Source of the DNA: Blastocladiella emersonii ATCC 22665
Lineage: Eukaryota; Fungi; Blastocladiomycota
NCBI GenBank assembly: GCA_025594325.1
Contig: JANHCV010000003.1
Coordinates: forward strand, 1-64,000
Length of the DNA: 64,000 bases
Direction of reading: 5' to 3'
Part shown: in pieces, positions 49,137 to 60,559 of the stretch
Numbering within the stretch: the stretch's first letter is position 1
Layout of the letters: the number at the start of each line of letters is the position of its first letter
Notes under the pieces: generated by a model
The model's database searches: none
The model's input: the letters and a program-made list of their open reading frames with translations, nothing else
What the model was told of the DNA's origin: nothing
Translations under genes and position numbers: made by a program

Positions 49137-50639
49137 ATGCCCGGCCCTCGCTACACCGCGCTCGCCGCTGCTGCGCGCCCCGCCCCCGTCACCCCCATGA
49201 CGGCGCTTCCCCCTCGCGGTACCACGACCGGCCACGCGCACGGGCACCAGCGGCACGACTCGGGCTTTGTCTCCGCCGACGACTACCTCGATCTCGCCTC
49301 GTCATCATGCTCCGGATCACCGCCCGAGTCGCCGACCACCGCCGCGTTCCAGCCGCTGCTCGTGCGCCGCCAGTCGCCCGTCGCGCTCTCGGCGCCCCCG
49401 CCATCGGCGACCGCCTCGACTACGCGGCGGACCGAGTCCACCACCTCGCCCTCGCTCGCGGCGCGCCTGCGCAGCCCGTGGGTGACGCTCTTGCTGCTCG
49501 CCGTGGCGTTCCCGACGCTGCTGGCGCTCGACCGCAAGTGGCTGCCGGTCCCCGTGCGGATCGTGGTGCTGGTCTCGCTCGCCGCGGTCCGCGCGCGCGC
49601 GTGCCTGCCGCCCGTCCCGTCGCCTTCCTCGCGCATCGCATCCCCGCCGCGGTCCCCGCTCGCGACGCTCGCCACCGCGCTGCTGCCCATGGCCCTGTGG
49701 CTGACGCTGTTCACGCTGATGCGCCGGCTGCCCAGCACCTGGCTGCCACCCGTCGACACCGAGACGCTGCCGAGGCTCGACACGGCGCTCGTCGGCCAGC
49801 CCGCGTACCGGTACTTTGATGCGGCGCCGTCTACCCCAAAAGACGTGGTCGCGTGGCTCCTGTACGGCGTGTGGCACTTCATCTCGATCGCCGTGTGCGC
49901 CGCCGGGCTCGCGTACTGGCAGTGGTCGCGGTCGCGGTGGCTCGTCTCGGCCGTCGGCCAGTACGACGGCCTGCCGACCGTGGTCCCCGCGCGCGCGCCC
50001 CGGCATCCCGCGACGTGGACGGCCCGCGTGTCGCACCGCGTCCGCGCCGCCGCCCGCACCGCGCGCCGCCGGTTCGCGCAGATCCAGGCCAGCGTGACCG
50101 TGATGCAGGCGTTCCTGGCCGTGTTCGGGTCCATGAACCTGGCGGGCGTCATGATCCAGTACGTGGCGCCGACCGCGCCGCCGTGGTACAACGAGAAGTA
50201 CGGGTTCGCGGTCCCGCTCGACGCGCTCGCCGTGGCGGGCGACCCGGGCGGCCTCGCGCGCATCGACACGCTGCTCGGGACCGCCACGTATAAGAACATG
50301 TTCGCGCACTCGCCGCTCGTGTTCGGCGCGTTCCCGTCGCTGCACGCCGCCTTCGCCACGCTTATCGCCGTGTTCCTCGCCGACGTGTTCCCGCGCACAC
50401 GGCTGCCGCGGTGGACGCGTGTCAAGTCGGTCCCGTCGTGGCTGTGGGCGGTGCCGTACGTCGCCGCCGTCTGGTGGGCCACCATGTACCTCGACCACCA
50501 CTTCCTCACCGATCTGCTCGCCGGATCGGCGCTCGCTGTCGCCACGTACCTCCCGTCGCGCAAGCACGTCCACGCCCTGCGCGACGCACTCGCCGACGCC
50601 CACGGCCTGGTGCTCCCCGTGGCGCTCCATCGCCGATGA
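49137..50639 (+). CDS. AUR1: Inositol phosphorylceramide synthase (Aur1/Ipt1, PAP2 family)
   Basis: APTAPPWYNEKYG, GDPGGLARID, SPLVFGAFPSLHAA, WWATMYLDHHFLTDLLAG catalytic motifs. Confidence 0.9.
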   Translation: MPGPRYTALAAAARPAPVTPMTALPPRGTTTGHAHGHQRHDSGFVSADDYLDLASSSCSGSPPESPTTAAFQPLLVRRQSPVALSAPPPSATASTTRRTESTTSPSLAARLRSPWVTLLLLAVAFPTLLALDRKWLPVPVRIVVLVSLAAVRARACLPPVPSPSSRIASPPRSPLATLATALLPMALWLTLFTLMRRLPSTWLPPVDTETLPRLDTALVGQPAYRYFDAAPSTPKDVVAWLLYGVWHFISIAVCAAGLAYWQWSRSRWLVSAVGQYDGLPTVVPARAPRHPATWTARVSHRVRAAARTARRRFAQIQASVTVMQAFLAVFGSMNLAGVMIQYVAPTAPPWYNEKYGFAVPLDALAVAGDPGGLARIDTLLGTATYKNMFAHSPLVFGAFPSLHAAFATLIAVFLADVFPRTRLPRWTRVKSVPSWLWAVPYVAAVWWATMYLDHHFLTDLLAGSALAVATYLPSRKHVHALRDALADAHGLVLPVALHRR

Positions 50640-50833
50640 TGTTCCTGTCTGCTCATTGATTCCCTGGCCGTGAATATGTAATCCATCCTTCCTCATCCTC
50701 GTCCATCGGTCGGCGCGTTGGTTGGCCCTCGAAGCGGCCGGTCACTCAGCGACGAGTCAGCGGTCAAGCAAACAGAAACTTTATACACTACACGGCCACC
50801 AACCGGCCCGCCTCGCCCCGCCCGCGGCCGCGC

Positions 50834-53800
50834 TCACGACGACTGCCGGGCATTGCGGCGGCGGTTGCGCGCCGCGTCCTTGAACGCCTGGAGCTTGGCC
50901 TTGAGTTCCGTGTCTACACACGCCGTGCCGATGCGGGTCAGTCTTCCATCCCAACACCCCTCCCTTGCGCGTGGGACGTACTCGGCACCACGTCCTCGAT
51001 CTTGAGCTCCTTGCGGTTGAACGGGTCGCGGCACTCGCCGAGCAGGTACGACGTGATGGTACTGCGGTCCACGGTCACGTTGGACGTCGGCAGGATGACA
51101 GGGTCCTCCATGAGCGTACACATGAGGGGGTCTACACAGCGTGGCGGTACGAGTCAGTCTTGCTCGCCGAGCATCGGTCGCGAAGAGCGTACCCAGGAAC
51201 TCGTCCGGAATCTCGCCCATCTCCTCCTCGTCGGCCGTCTTGTCAAAGATCGCGTCCTCGACGCGCTGGGTGAAGGCGGCGAGCAGGTCGATTTCGGCGG
51301 GCGACTTGGACCCGGTCTTGGTCATGACGCCCGCGGCCTTCTGCATCCACTCCTTGCGGTACGACCGCTCGTCGCGGGCCACGGCGCGGGCAAACTCGTC
51401 GAACGGCGCGAGGTGCAGGAACACGTCGACGAGCTCGGACAGCAGCTTGCGCGGCTGGAACGCGTACTTGTCGGGGTTCTTGACCTTGAGGTCCGTGCAC
51501 TTGGGCCCGACCAGCGCCGACAGGTTGAAGTCGAGCATGGCGGCGAGCCGGTCGACGATCTCGGGCGTGAGGAACGGCTCGGGGATCTCCTTGGACACGT
51601 ACCCGAACGCCTCGAGCGTCTTGTCGGCGAGCGACATGTACGACGTCGCGTGGCGCTCCGTCTGGGCAAGCGTGTCCTGCTTCTCCTTGCGCGCGGCGTC
51701 GTCGAGCGTCGCCCACGCGGGCGAGTCCATTTCGACCTGCAGCGCGTGGATCTCGGCGAGCTTGCTGAGCCCCTCGTCGAGCAGGTACCGGAGGTCGTTC
51801 ATCATCATGTTGACGAACCGCACGAACACGTCCTCGTTGGCGATGGCGCGCACGCGCGCGCGGTGCACGTGCGACGGCCACAGCGCCTTGAGAATGTGCT
51901 GGATGTTGTACCGGATGTTGAACTTGTCGTAGAACTGCGACGAGGCGCCCGTGATCTCCACGTCCACGTACAGCCGCATGATGCTTGGCACCAGCGACTG
52001 CACGCTCGTCGGGTGGCTCGTCAGCGGCAGCATGAGCTCCTCGTGGAACGTCATCATGAACAGGACCTCGGCCAGCTTGGACTTGAGGTACGGGTTGCGG
52101 ATGAAGTCGGGGCTCATGAGCAGCACCACGAACAGCTCGATGAACGTGTCGAACTGCCCGACCGGGATCAGCAGGCGGTCGAACCTAGTCGAAGGGCGGC
52201 GCGAAGGTTAGCACGGGCGATCTCCCGGCCGACCCACACGAAGCAGTCAACGTACCGCAGGATGAAGATGAGGAACTCGACCATATCCTCAATGACGTGC
52301 TCGGGGAGGTGCTTGAACACGTCGCTCTCCTTGGCGAGCGGGAGCGGCAGGGCGCCGCCGGTGCGGTTCGGGAACGCGACGCCGTTCTCGGTGCACAGGA
52401 TGCGGAGGATCCAGTTGGCGACGAGGTTGAAGAAGCGCGAGGCCGACTCGAGCATCTCGGGGTCCTGGAGGTGCGCGTCGAGCGAGAAGCGGCACGCGAG
52501 GAGCGAGTCGACCTGCGCCTTGAGCGCCTTTAGCATGGCCTCGGCCATGGCGTGGGTGGCCTTGCCCTGGTGCTGCTCGGCGAAGTCAGCCTTGAGCTGC
52601 TCGTACTGCTCGCGCCGCTCCTTGAGCTCCTTGCCAAACTGCTTGTAGAAGGTGAGCGTGCGGATGAACCCCGTGTGCATCCACCCGAGCGTCAGGTAGA
52701 AACAGTCCGAGATGAAGTTGGGCGCCGTAACCGCCGCGGCCGCGTCGGCGGGCAGCGTGAAGTAGGCCTTGGCTTCCTGGTCCGACGCGTTCATCTTGGT
52801 CAGGTTCGACACGTCGTACTTGCACTTGGGGTTGCGGAAATACTGCGTGTCGATGAGGTGGACCTTGGTGTAGGGCGGGAGCATGAAGGGCTCGCACGCC
52901 TTGAGCAGGACGTGCGTCACGTTCTGCGTGAACCCGAACGACGCCACCTGCTCGAGGTTGATGTGCATGCCGTTGCGCCGCTCTGTGAGCTTGAGCGCGA
53001 ACCCGAGGTAGCTGAGGATCCGCTCGCGGAAGTGCGGCGACGCTCGCACGATCTGGTTGAACAGGCCGTCGAGCGAGCCCTGGAAGTGGCGCACCGCGAG
53101 CCGCAGCGAGTTCATGCCCGAGACCAGGTCGACCTGGCTGCGGTCGGTCGCGTCGGCAAAGAAGGTCTTGGTGATGGCCGGGTCGTCGAACCCGAAGCCC
53201 GACACGCGGAAGAAGGGGCCCCAGAAGGTGGCGACCTCGAAGGCCTTGGGCGCGAGCCCCACGGGCGCAAAGTTGGGCAGCTCGGTGATCTGGACGCGTA
53301 CGACGGAGCGATGTGAGTGTGTGGATCGTCATCGGGTGCCAGCTGTAAACGCACCAGCTGCGGCACGTTGGGCAGCGACAGGAGCTCGCCGAACACGGCA
53401 AACAGGCGGGTCGGGTTCCCCGTGAGCTTGAGGTTGCGCATCTCGGTGGCAAAGGCGTTGAGGAGCGGGTAGAGGACCTGGTCCTTGCCGTCGTCGCCGG
53501 CGTACCGCTCGACGAGGTCGCGGACGAGCGCCATGTCAATGGACCCGGCGAGGAGCGCCGCGACAATGTCGGCGGATCCCGAGCCAATCGACACGTCGGG
53601 CTGCGGGAACATGTCGGGCAGCATCAGCACGATGCCGACGTAGCTGACGACGAGGGCCTTGGCGCTCTGCAGGACCTGCAGGCGCTGCGGGAGGTCGACG
53701 GCTTTGCTCTTGGCCTGCAGGTTGGCCCAGATCTCGTGCGCGCGCGAGTAGACGGCGAGCAGGTACGGGACCGCGCCCGTCGGCAGCTCGGCGTTGGCGG

Positions 53801-54578
53801 GGTCCGACAGCTTGGCGACGAGCACGCGCTCGAGGATCGAAGCGGTGAAGAGGGGCAAGCCGGTCGTCGGGTGGGACGCGACTACAGCCAGGGAACGTAG
53901 TGAGTGCGGGTTGCGCCAGTATCGAGGTGGCGGGCCGTACTCTCGGGGTTGTCCTTGTCGTCAATGAGCTCCTGGACGAGCGACGGGATCGAGCGCGGAT
54001 CCGCGGGCTACACGCGCTCGCGGGTCAGCTGCTGGAGATCCAGCCCGTGGGCAAGCCGGCAGGAGCACGCACATCCAGCGACACCTGGAAGACCTTGCAC
54101 AGCGCCATGTTCTGCCACTCCTCGAACGACTTGGCCTGTAGGGAAACGCGTCAGTGTTCACTCAACTTCACAACGGACGGTGAGAAGCCGTACCGGAAGC
54201 GACCCAGTCGACCCCGACGGCGTCGCGGACCGGGTGAGCTGTGGTGCGGGGGACGCGGGTGCCGAGATCTCCATGGGGGTCGGAGGCACAGATGGCGCAG
54301 CAGACGGTGCGGGTGCCGGATCCACATCCATGGCGTCGGCGGCCGGTTTGGCAGCGGCCGGGGAGGGCGCGGCGCTGGACGAGGAAGCAGCAGCAGGTCC
54401 GCGAGCGGCCGTGGGCGACTGCGAGGGGGAGGCGTTGCCAGCAGCGCCGCCGCCGCCGCCGAGCTTGGCGAGCCGCTTCTGGCGGATCTAGGTGGTCGAT
54501 TTATGAGGGGTTGGTGAGCGACGAAGGACCTCAAGTCAGAGGCGAGCCGACTCTCACCAAATCGTCTTGGTCGGTCAT
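50834..54578 (-). CDS. UFD2: Ubiquitin conjugation factor E4 with U-box, multi-exon
   Basis: MTDQDDL|IRQKRLAKL, FWGPFFRVS, FISDCFYLT, FIRNPYLKSKLAEVLF, SSQFYDKFNIRY, U-box EIPDEFL...LMEDPVILP...VDRSTI...DPFNR. Confidence 0.95.
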
Positions 54579-54937
54579 GCCCGCGGCGTGTGCAGGTAGT
54601 TTAGCTTCGTCAAAGGGGTCGATGCGTGGCAGGCAGGGGTGCGGGCGGAGGCGAGGGAAGCGCGGCGGCGGAGAAGGCGACTCATGACGCGATCGCGGCG
54701 GAGAGGCGACATGGACGACGCGCGTGCGATGGGCGTGACAGAGTCACTCGAACAACCATGGGAATGAGCGAAAGAGAAGAGCGCCTTTGTACAGATATAT
54801 ATCTCCGGGTAGGTAGCATGCGGGAGGAAATTGAGAGGTTGTGCAGATCAAAAGAGGACGCCCGGGTCGCACGGGCACGCTGGGCCAGCGGCAGCGCGCG
54901 CGACATGGGCGGTGGGGGTTGGTTGCGCTGGCGAATC

Positions 54938-55837
54938 TTACTCGTCGGCCTCGTCGCTACACGTTCGAGAAGAGGATAGGGACGTCAGTGTCAGGTTTCG
55001 GGCGCGATCGGGCGAGGCAGGAACCGTACAAGTTGCCAATGAGCTCGGGAATGTCGTCGTCGCCGGGGAGCGCGGCGCCCTTGCCGCCGGTCATGCCCGC
55101 GGCCATGGACTGAATGGCGTCCATGCCGCCCATCTGGGAGATGACGTCCTGGAGGTAGTTGGCGGACTGCGGGCCGAGCTGGCCGAGGACACCGGGCAGC
55201 ATCTCGGTGAGCTGCTTGACCTGGGGCTTGCCGTAGATGGCGAAGGTCTGGGCGGCGACCGAGGCCTGGACTAGAGAGGGGGTGCGGGGACGAGGGGAGG
55301 TCGGGTGAGCAAGGGGGACTCGGGTCGGGGGCGGCGCGCGCGCAGGAGGGCGGATCGATCGGGTGGAAGCGGGCGGCGCAGCACGACACAGCGCGCAAAG
55401 CGAATCGTGCGACGGCGGCAGTGTATACGAGTGCGACAGCAGTGCAGCGCGTGGGCGAGGCGCTCGACGCGTCGGCGTCGGCGTCGAGGAATCGCGTGGA
55501 CCGTCGCGGCGCGGGCCTAGCCCACAACGACGGACGCCTCGAAGCGGCCCGAGCGATCCACCAGCACCCCGCGAGCCCCGTCGAGCGCGGCGAGAGCGGC
55601 GGAGACCGTACTCTTGGGGTTGGGGAAGTGGATGACCTTGCCGCCCTCGCAGAACATGTTGACCTCCTCGATCTGCGGGATGGACTGGACGTTGAGCTTC
55701 TTGAGCGCGGCCTGGATGTGCTTGTCCTCGACGGGCGCGGCCTTGGCCGAGGCCACCTTCTTGGTCTTGCGGCGCGGCGTGCCCTTGCCGCCGATGCGCA
55801 CGTTCTTGTTGAGCTGGGCAATCTTCTCGGTGTTCAT
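54938..55837 (-). CDS. EGD1: Nascent polypeptide-associated complex beta subunit (BTF3), 3 exons
   Basis: [36 protein letters not shown]|IQAS...TFAIYG...[24 protein letters not shown]|DEADE*. Introns 55611-55271 and 55029-54957. Confidence 0.96.
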
Positions 55838-56434
55838 GGCGGCGAGTGCGGGGTGTCGAGGAACGGTTCGCGTGGTTGGGCCGTCTGTCGAGGACCTCGG
55901 CGCGGCGAAAGCGGCGGGCCCGGCGTGCGCGGCGTACACGCGCGTGGCGAAAACCGAGGCGGCCGATCCCTTGCCCGCGTGTGATGGGTGTGGCAGGTAT
56001 TTGCGCCCCCATCAGCTGACCCCGGCGCGACGCGTTTCGGTGCGCCTGCGCGCGCGAGACGCGCGAGACACGCGAGACAAGTGCGCGTTGGCCACGGGGG
56101 CAATCGAGATGAGACCGGTTGCACCTGCGGCCACACAGCGCGCAAGCAAATCGAGCGGGGCTGCCGGCTGACGGCTGGCCGGGGCCTCGGGGCCGCGGGG
56201 CCGCGAGCCGCGACCAGGTCTCAGACGCATCGCCGCGGACGAGGAGGGCAGGCGGGGCACGGCGACGAGACAAGAAGGTGGGCGGCCCCCCCGCAAGTCG
56301 GCCGGCGCTTCCTCTCTGGCTCGCCGCGACCTCCCCGCAACGTATCAACGACCCCATCACACACCGCGCACGCTCGCACGCACCACGCACCACGCACACG
56401 CATCACTCACCCACCCATCATACACGCATCCACC

Positions 56435-57826
56435 ATGGTCGACGTCTCCTACGACACGGCGCGCCGCACCGAGACCGCGACGACGAGTGCGTGTCCGCTC
56501 CCTCGCTCGAGCCCCGCGCCGCCGAGCCCCGCGTGCTCACACCGCGCGATGCCCCGCCCCGTCGTGTAGCTGCTCGCCGCGGCGGCACGCCGCAGGCCAC
56601 GACGACGGTGACGACGACGTCGGTGGGCGACAACCGCGAGGAGGCGCTGCGCCAGATGGACGCGATGCGCCGCAAGGGGTACTACCGCGGGCCGGGGGCC
56701 GAGGCGGCCGAGCGCACGGCCATGGAGCGCGCCGAGCAGTACGTCAAGGAGGACGCGCCCGTGGTCGAGGAGCAGGTGCGCAGCCGCGCCGTGCACGAGA
56801 TCATCCCGACGGTCAAGCGCGAGCGCGAGGTGGCCGAGATCCGCCACGCCGTGCTGCCCATCCGCGACCGCGTCCGCGAGGAGCGCACCTTCTCGGAGCG
56901 CCAGCTCGACGAGGTCCGCGAGCAGGAGTACCGCACGGGCACCCGGTACGCTTCCCCGCCCGTGTCTCACCCTGATCGGACTCGTCCACTGACCCAACAC
57001 TCGTCCTGCGCACCCTAGCGAGGAGGAACGCATCAAAAACCGCCAGATCGCCGAGCGCCTGTCGCACGGGTTCCACACCGAGGCGCCGACCGAGCACGAG
57101 TACCGGTACCTGCGCCCACGCGTCGAGGAGGTGGTGCGCCCGCGCATCATCCACGAGGTGCACCCGGTCGTGCAGCGCGAGATTGAGCGCGAGCACTACG
57201 AGCGCGAGTACCTGCCCGTGCGCGAGCGCATCGTCGAGGGCCCGCGCGTCTCGGACCAGATCGAGATGCTGCAGCCGCTGTCGCGCGACGAGTGGGAGCG
57301 CAACCACGGCCAGTCGCTCTACCAGCGCTCCAACTGGCGCTACGGCGCCGAGGCCGACGAGCTGCTCGCGCGCGAGCGCATGTTCTCCGACCTGTACGCG
57401 CCGCCGCTGCCCCGTCGCGCCTCGCTGCCCGCCGCGCCGCTCGCGTCGGTCGGCGCTGCTGCGCCCGGCATCCCCTTGGGGACCGGCATCGCGCCTGCTA
57501 CTACTACTACGACGACTTACGAGCGCCGCGACCGCTACATTGACGCGCCTCCCGTCGGCGTCGGCTACGGGTCGCGCCCGTCCTCGGCCGGGTACGGCTT
57601 CGGCCACGGCGGCGGCTTCGGCCACGGCGGCGGCTTCCGCGAGCGCGAGTACCTGCCGCACCTCGAGCGCGGCTACTCTGGCCCGATCCGCCGCGAGCGG
57701 TTCGAGGAGCGCGGCGACTACGGTCGCGCCGGGTACGGCGTCGGGCCGTCCCGCTTCGACGACCGCGGCGGCTACGGCTACGGTCCTGACCCGGCGTACC
57801 GCTCGGGCCCGTCGCGCGGCTACTGA
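56435..57826 (+). CDS. Charged repeat protein resembling fungal 'allergen'-type VHE/REVH-repeat proteins, with Gly/Tyr/Arg-rich tail, 3 exons
   Basis: CACCATG start; introns 56487-56569 and 56946-57018; two internal units EEQVRSRAVHEIIPTVKREREV...LPIRDR and EEVVRPRIIHEVHPVVQREIER...LPVRER. Confidence 0.7.
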
Positions 57827-60559
57827 TCGCCGAGACGCGGTCGCTGCAGCTGATACCCGTTGCGAGAGTTCTTGTTGTTGGTTTCTTGGAATGATTGATT
57901 GGTCGTCGTCATCAGCAATGTATTCTTAATCCATCCGTCACACGATTGCAAAACTGTGCTCGATGGCGCGCCCGTGCCCCCGACCATGTACTGCGGCGCG
58001 GTGCACCTCGAGAACGGGGCCGTCGTTCCGCCCGTGCGCCCGCCGGGCGTCGACCTGCCGCCCATCCTGTCCATGGCCGCGTGCCCGTTCCCGACCGAGT
58101 GCCGGTACGGCGCGTCGTTCACGGCGCCAGCCTCGCCTCCTTGCCGCGGCGACGCTCGATGGACCCCCGCTCCCCTACCACCCCGTGCACGCTCACGAAT
58201 GTAAAGATATCTTGATGCAATCGACTGACCAGACCTGGGACGTGATGCTGAGCAACACTGAGCCGCCGTCGCAAGTCGGGCCGCTTGAGTCCATCAAGAT
58301 CGCGATCAGTGTCAGCGACGCGCCGGACCGCCGTCCCGCGCCGCGACGCGGCTCGCGATACTCGTCTCAACGGCCTGCCGAACGTGCAACACGGTGGCGC
58401 TCGTGGCGGCCCCGCCGACGCTGCGGCGCTCGCCTCGGCTTGGCGTGCGCATGGATCCAACGCGCGTGCTGGCGTGTTCGGGTTGCGACCGACGTCGTAG
58501 ATGGCCGCTGCATCTTCATCGTTGCGTGAACTCACAACTGGTGCGCCGACCTCATGTCCGAGCCTCTCCGGTGGTACTGACGCCGGGCACTCGCTGTGGT
58601 TGCCCGGACGCGCTCGCAGGACTGCCGCAGCACGCGTGTCAGGCACGTCCTCACTACCACTCCTCGCCCGCGTGCCGGTTCGCTGGTCTCTGGACTGCAT
58701 CGTTGCAGCGAGTCGCCGGCACAACATGGTTCCCGCTGGCGCGCTGCCGCGCGAGCAATCACCGGTCCACCGCCGCCGGGCAGACGGGCGCTCGTGGACG
58801 TGCCCACCGCCGCCGTCGTTGCGCCTGCTGGGGCGGCAGAACTCACCACGGACCGCGCGAATGTAGCTCCAGTCAACGCGACGCGGTGGAGGTCGGTCGG
58901 ACCAGCGGTGGGTCCGGGAACGGGCCGCGGCAGGCGATCGTGGCGGCGCCACGCGGTCCCACGCGCCACCGAGCCACGGGGAATGTGCAACGCGTCGACG
59001 CGTTGCTGCTGCCGAGGCGATCGGTAAGCACCCGCTCGCTCTTCACTGATTCTCTGTCCCGCCACCATGTAGCTCGAATTGACTTGATGAAATCACCATG
59101 ATCAACAGCGGCGGCGTGCTCCCACCACCTCGCCGCCGTCCTCCACGCCCGCGCCCTCCTTTACCCGCAAACCCTACCGCTCCCGCAATGCCTCGGACCC
59201 CCATCACCTCCTCGCCTCCAAAGCCCCTCCCGCGATCCTCGCACCGCCTCCCCGATAACCCACGCCCACACTCGCTCACACTCGCCCGATCCTGCACCGC
59301 CGCCTCGTCGCCGTCTCTCAAGACCACTCCGTGCTTCACGCAAGTCACACTCTCTGCGAAGCTTCGGATCATCCCCCGCAGTTCCCCCCCTCTCAAACCC
59401 TCCCACACCCCCTCCAAGCTCATCCTCGACCTCCCTCAACCCCTCGCAACCTCCCCACGATGACCCATACACGACTTGAATCCCGACCGTGCTCGCCACT
59501 TGATCTCTCACAAAAGTCTCGTTCCCGTCGACCATCTCTCAGGCTCGCTCTCAATGTCCGCCCATCCCTCAGAGCGGCACGGCGCGAGCGACGTTCTGGT
59601 CCGCTCGTCCGCAGCGACCACGGGCGCGAGACCGGGCTTTGAGAATACCGACCCGCGCTCGGCGACTGCGCGAGCGGCGGTCCTTTCGGGTCGCCACGGC
59701 ACCGTGAAGCAGGCGCGGCGAGTTTTGGACTGCCTCACGGCCCATGATTAGGTCGACTTGCTCCGGCTGTGCACGTTGCAGCATGCTCGACGCTGTTTGG
59801 TCCGATACATCGTGATTTATTCCGTGATTCGTCGACGCGATCACTTCGGCGCATAACGACCGGTCAGGTGGCCTGTGCGAGACACGCGGCAGCCTCGATC
59901 ATTCGCGCTTCTTTCGCTTCGAACCATCGTTGAACGCCAACCAGTCAGTCCGTCGCCTCCCACGTAAATGTGATGCCGCTCGATGTCCATGCAACGGTCT
60001 CGCAGGGCGAGGCGCCGGGCTACAAGGCCCCCCGCCACCTTCCCCCTACCCCCTCGCTCACTACCATTACTCTCCTTCGGATCGAACTCATCGCAGTATC
60101 AGACCTGAAGGAACCTTTCGAAGACGACTACACGATTGTCCTCAATACCCGCAAGCAGACCTCGGCACCTATCCGCTCCACCGCTCATCCGCTGTGCTCC
60201 CCGCGTCGACGACTCGGCCCTCCCCGCGCACCGCCTTGAGAGCCACCCGCACACGCATCTGTGCCGTCGCCCTCGTCCGCCTGCTGCTCTTCTTCACCCG
60301 CCCGAGCGCCTCGACTCTGCACGGCTCGACCTGATTGGATCCAGACCCGTTGACGACCTTCATCGTCGCCGACTCGTGCCACTTGCTGCTTCGCCACCAC
60401 CACCACCAAGTTTGACCGGCCTCTCGCTCGGCCAGTCTGCTACTACTGTACGCTCCCTCATTGTGTCGCCGTGATCCGAGGCCATGCTCACCAAGTGCCT
60501 CGTGTAGCGTTCGAATTGATCTTCTCGCACTTGCCATTTCGTTCTGCGTCATCGACACC

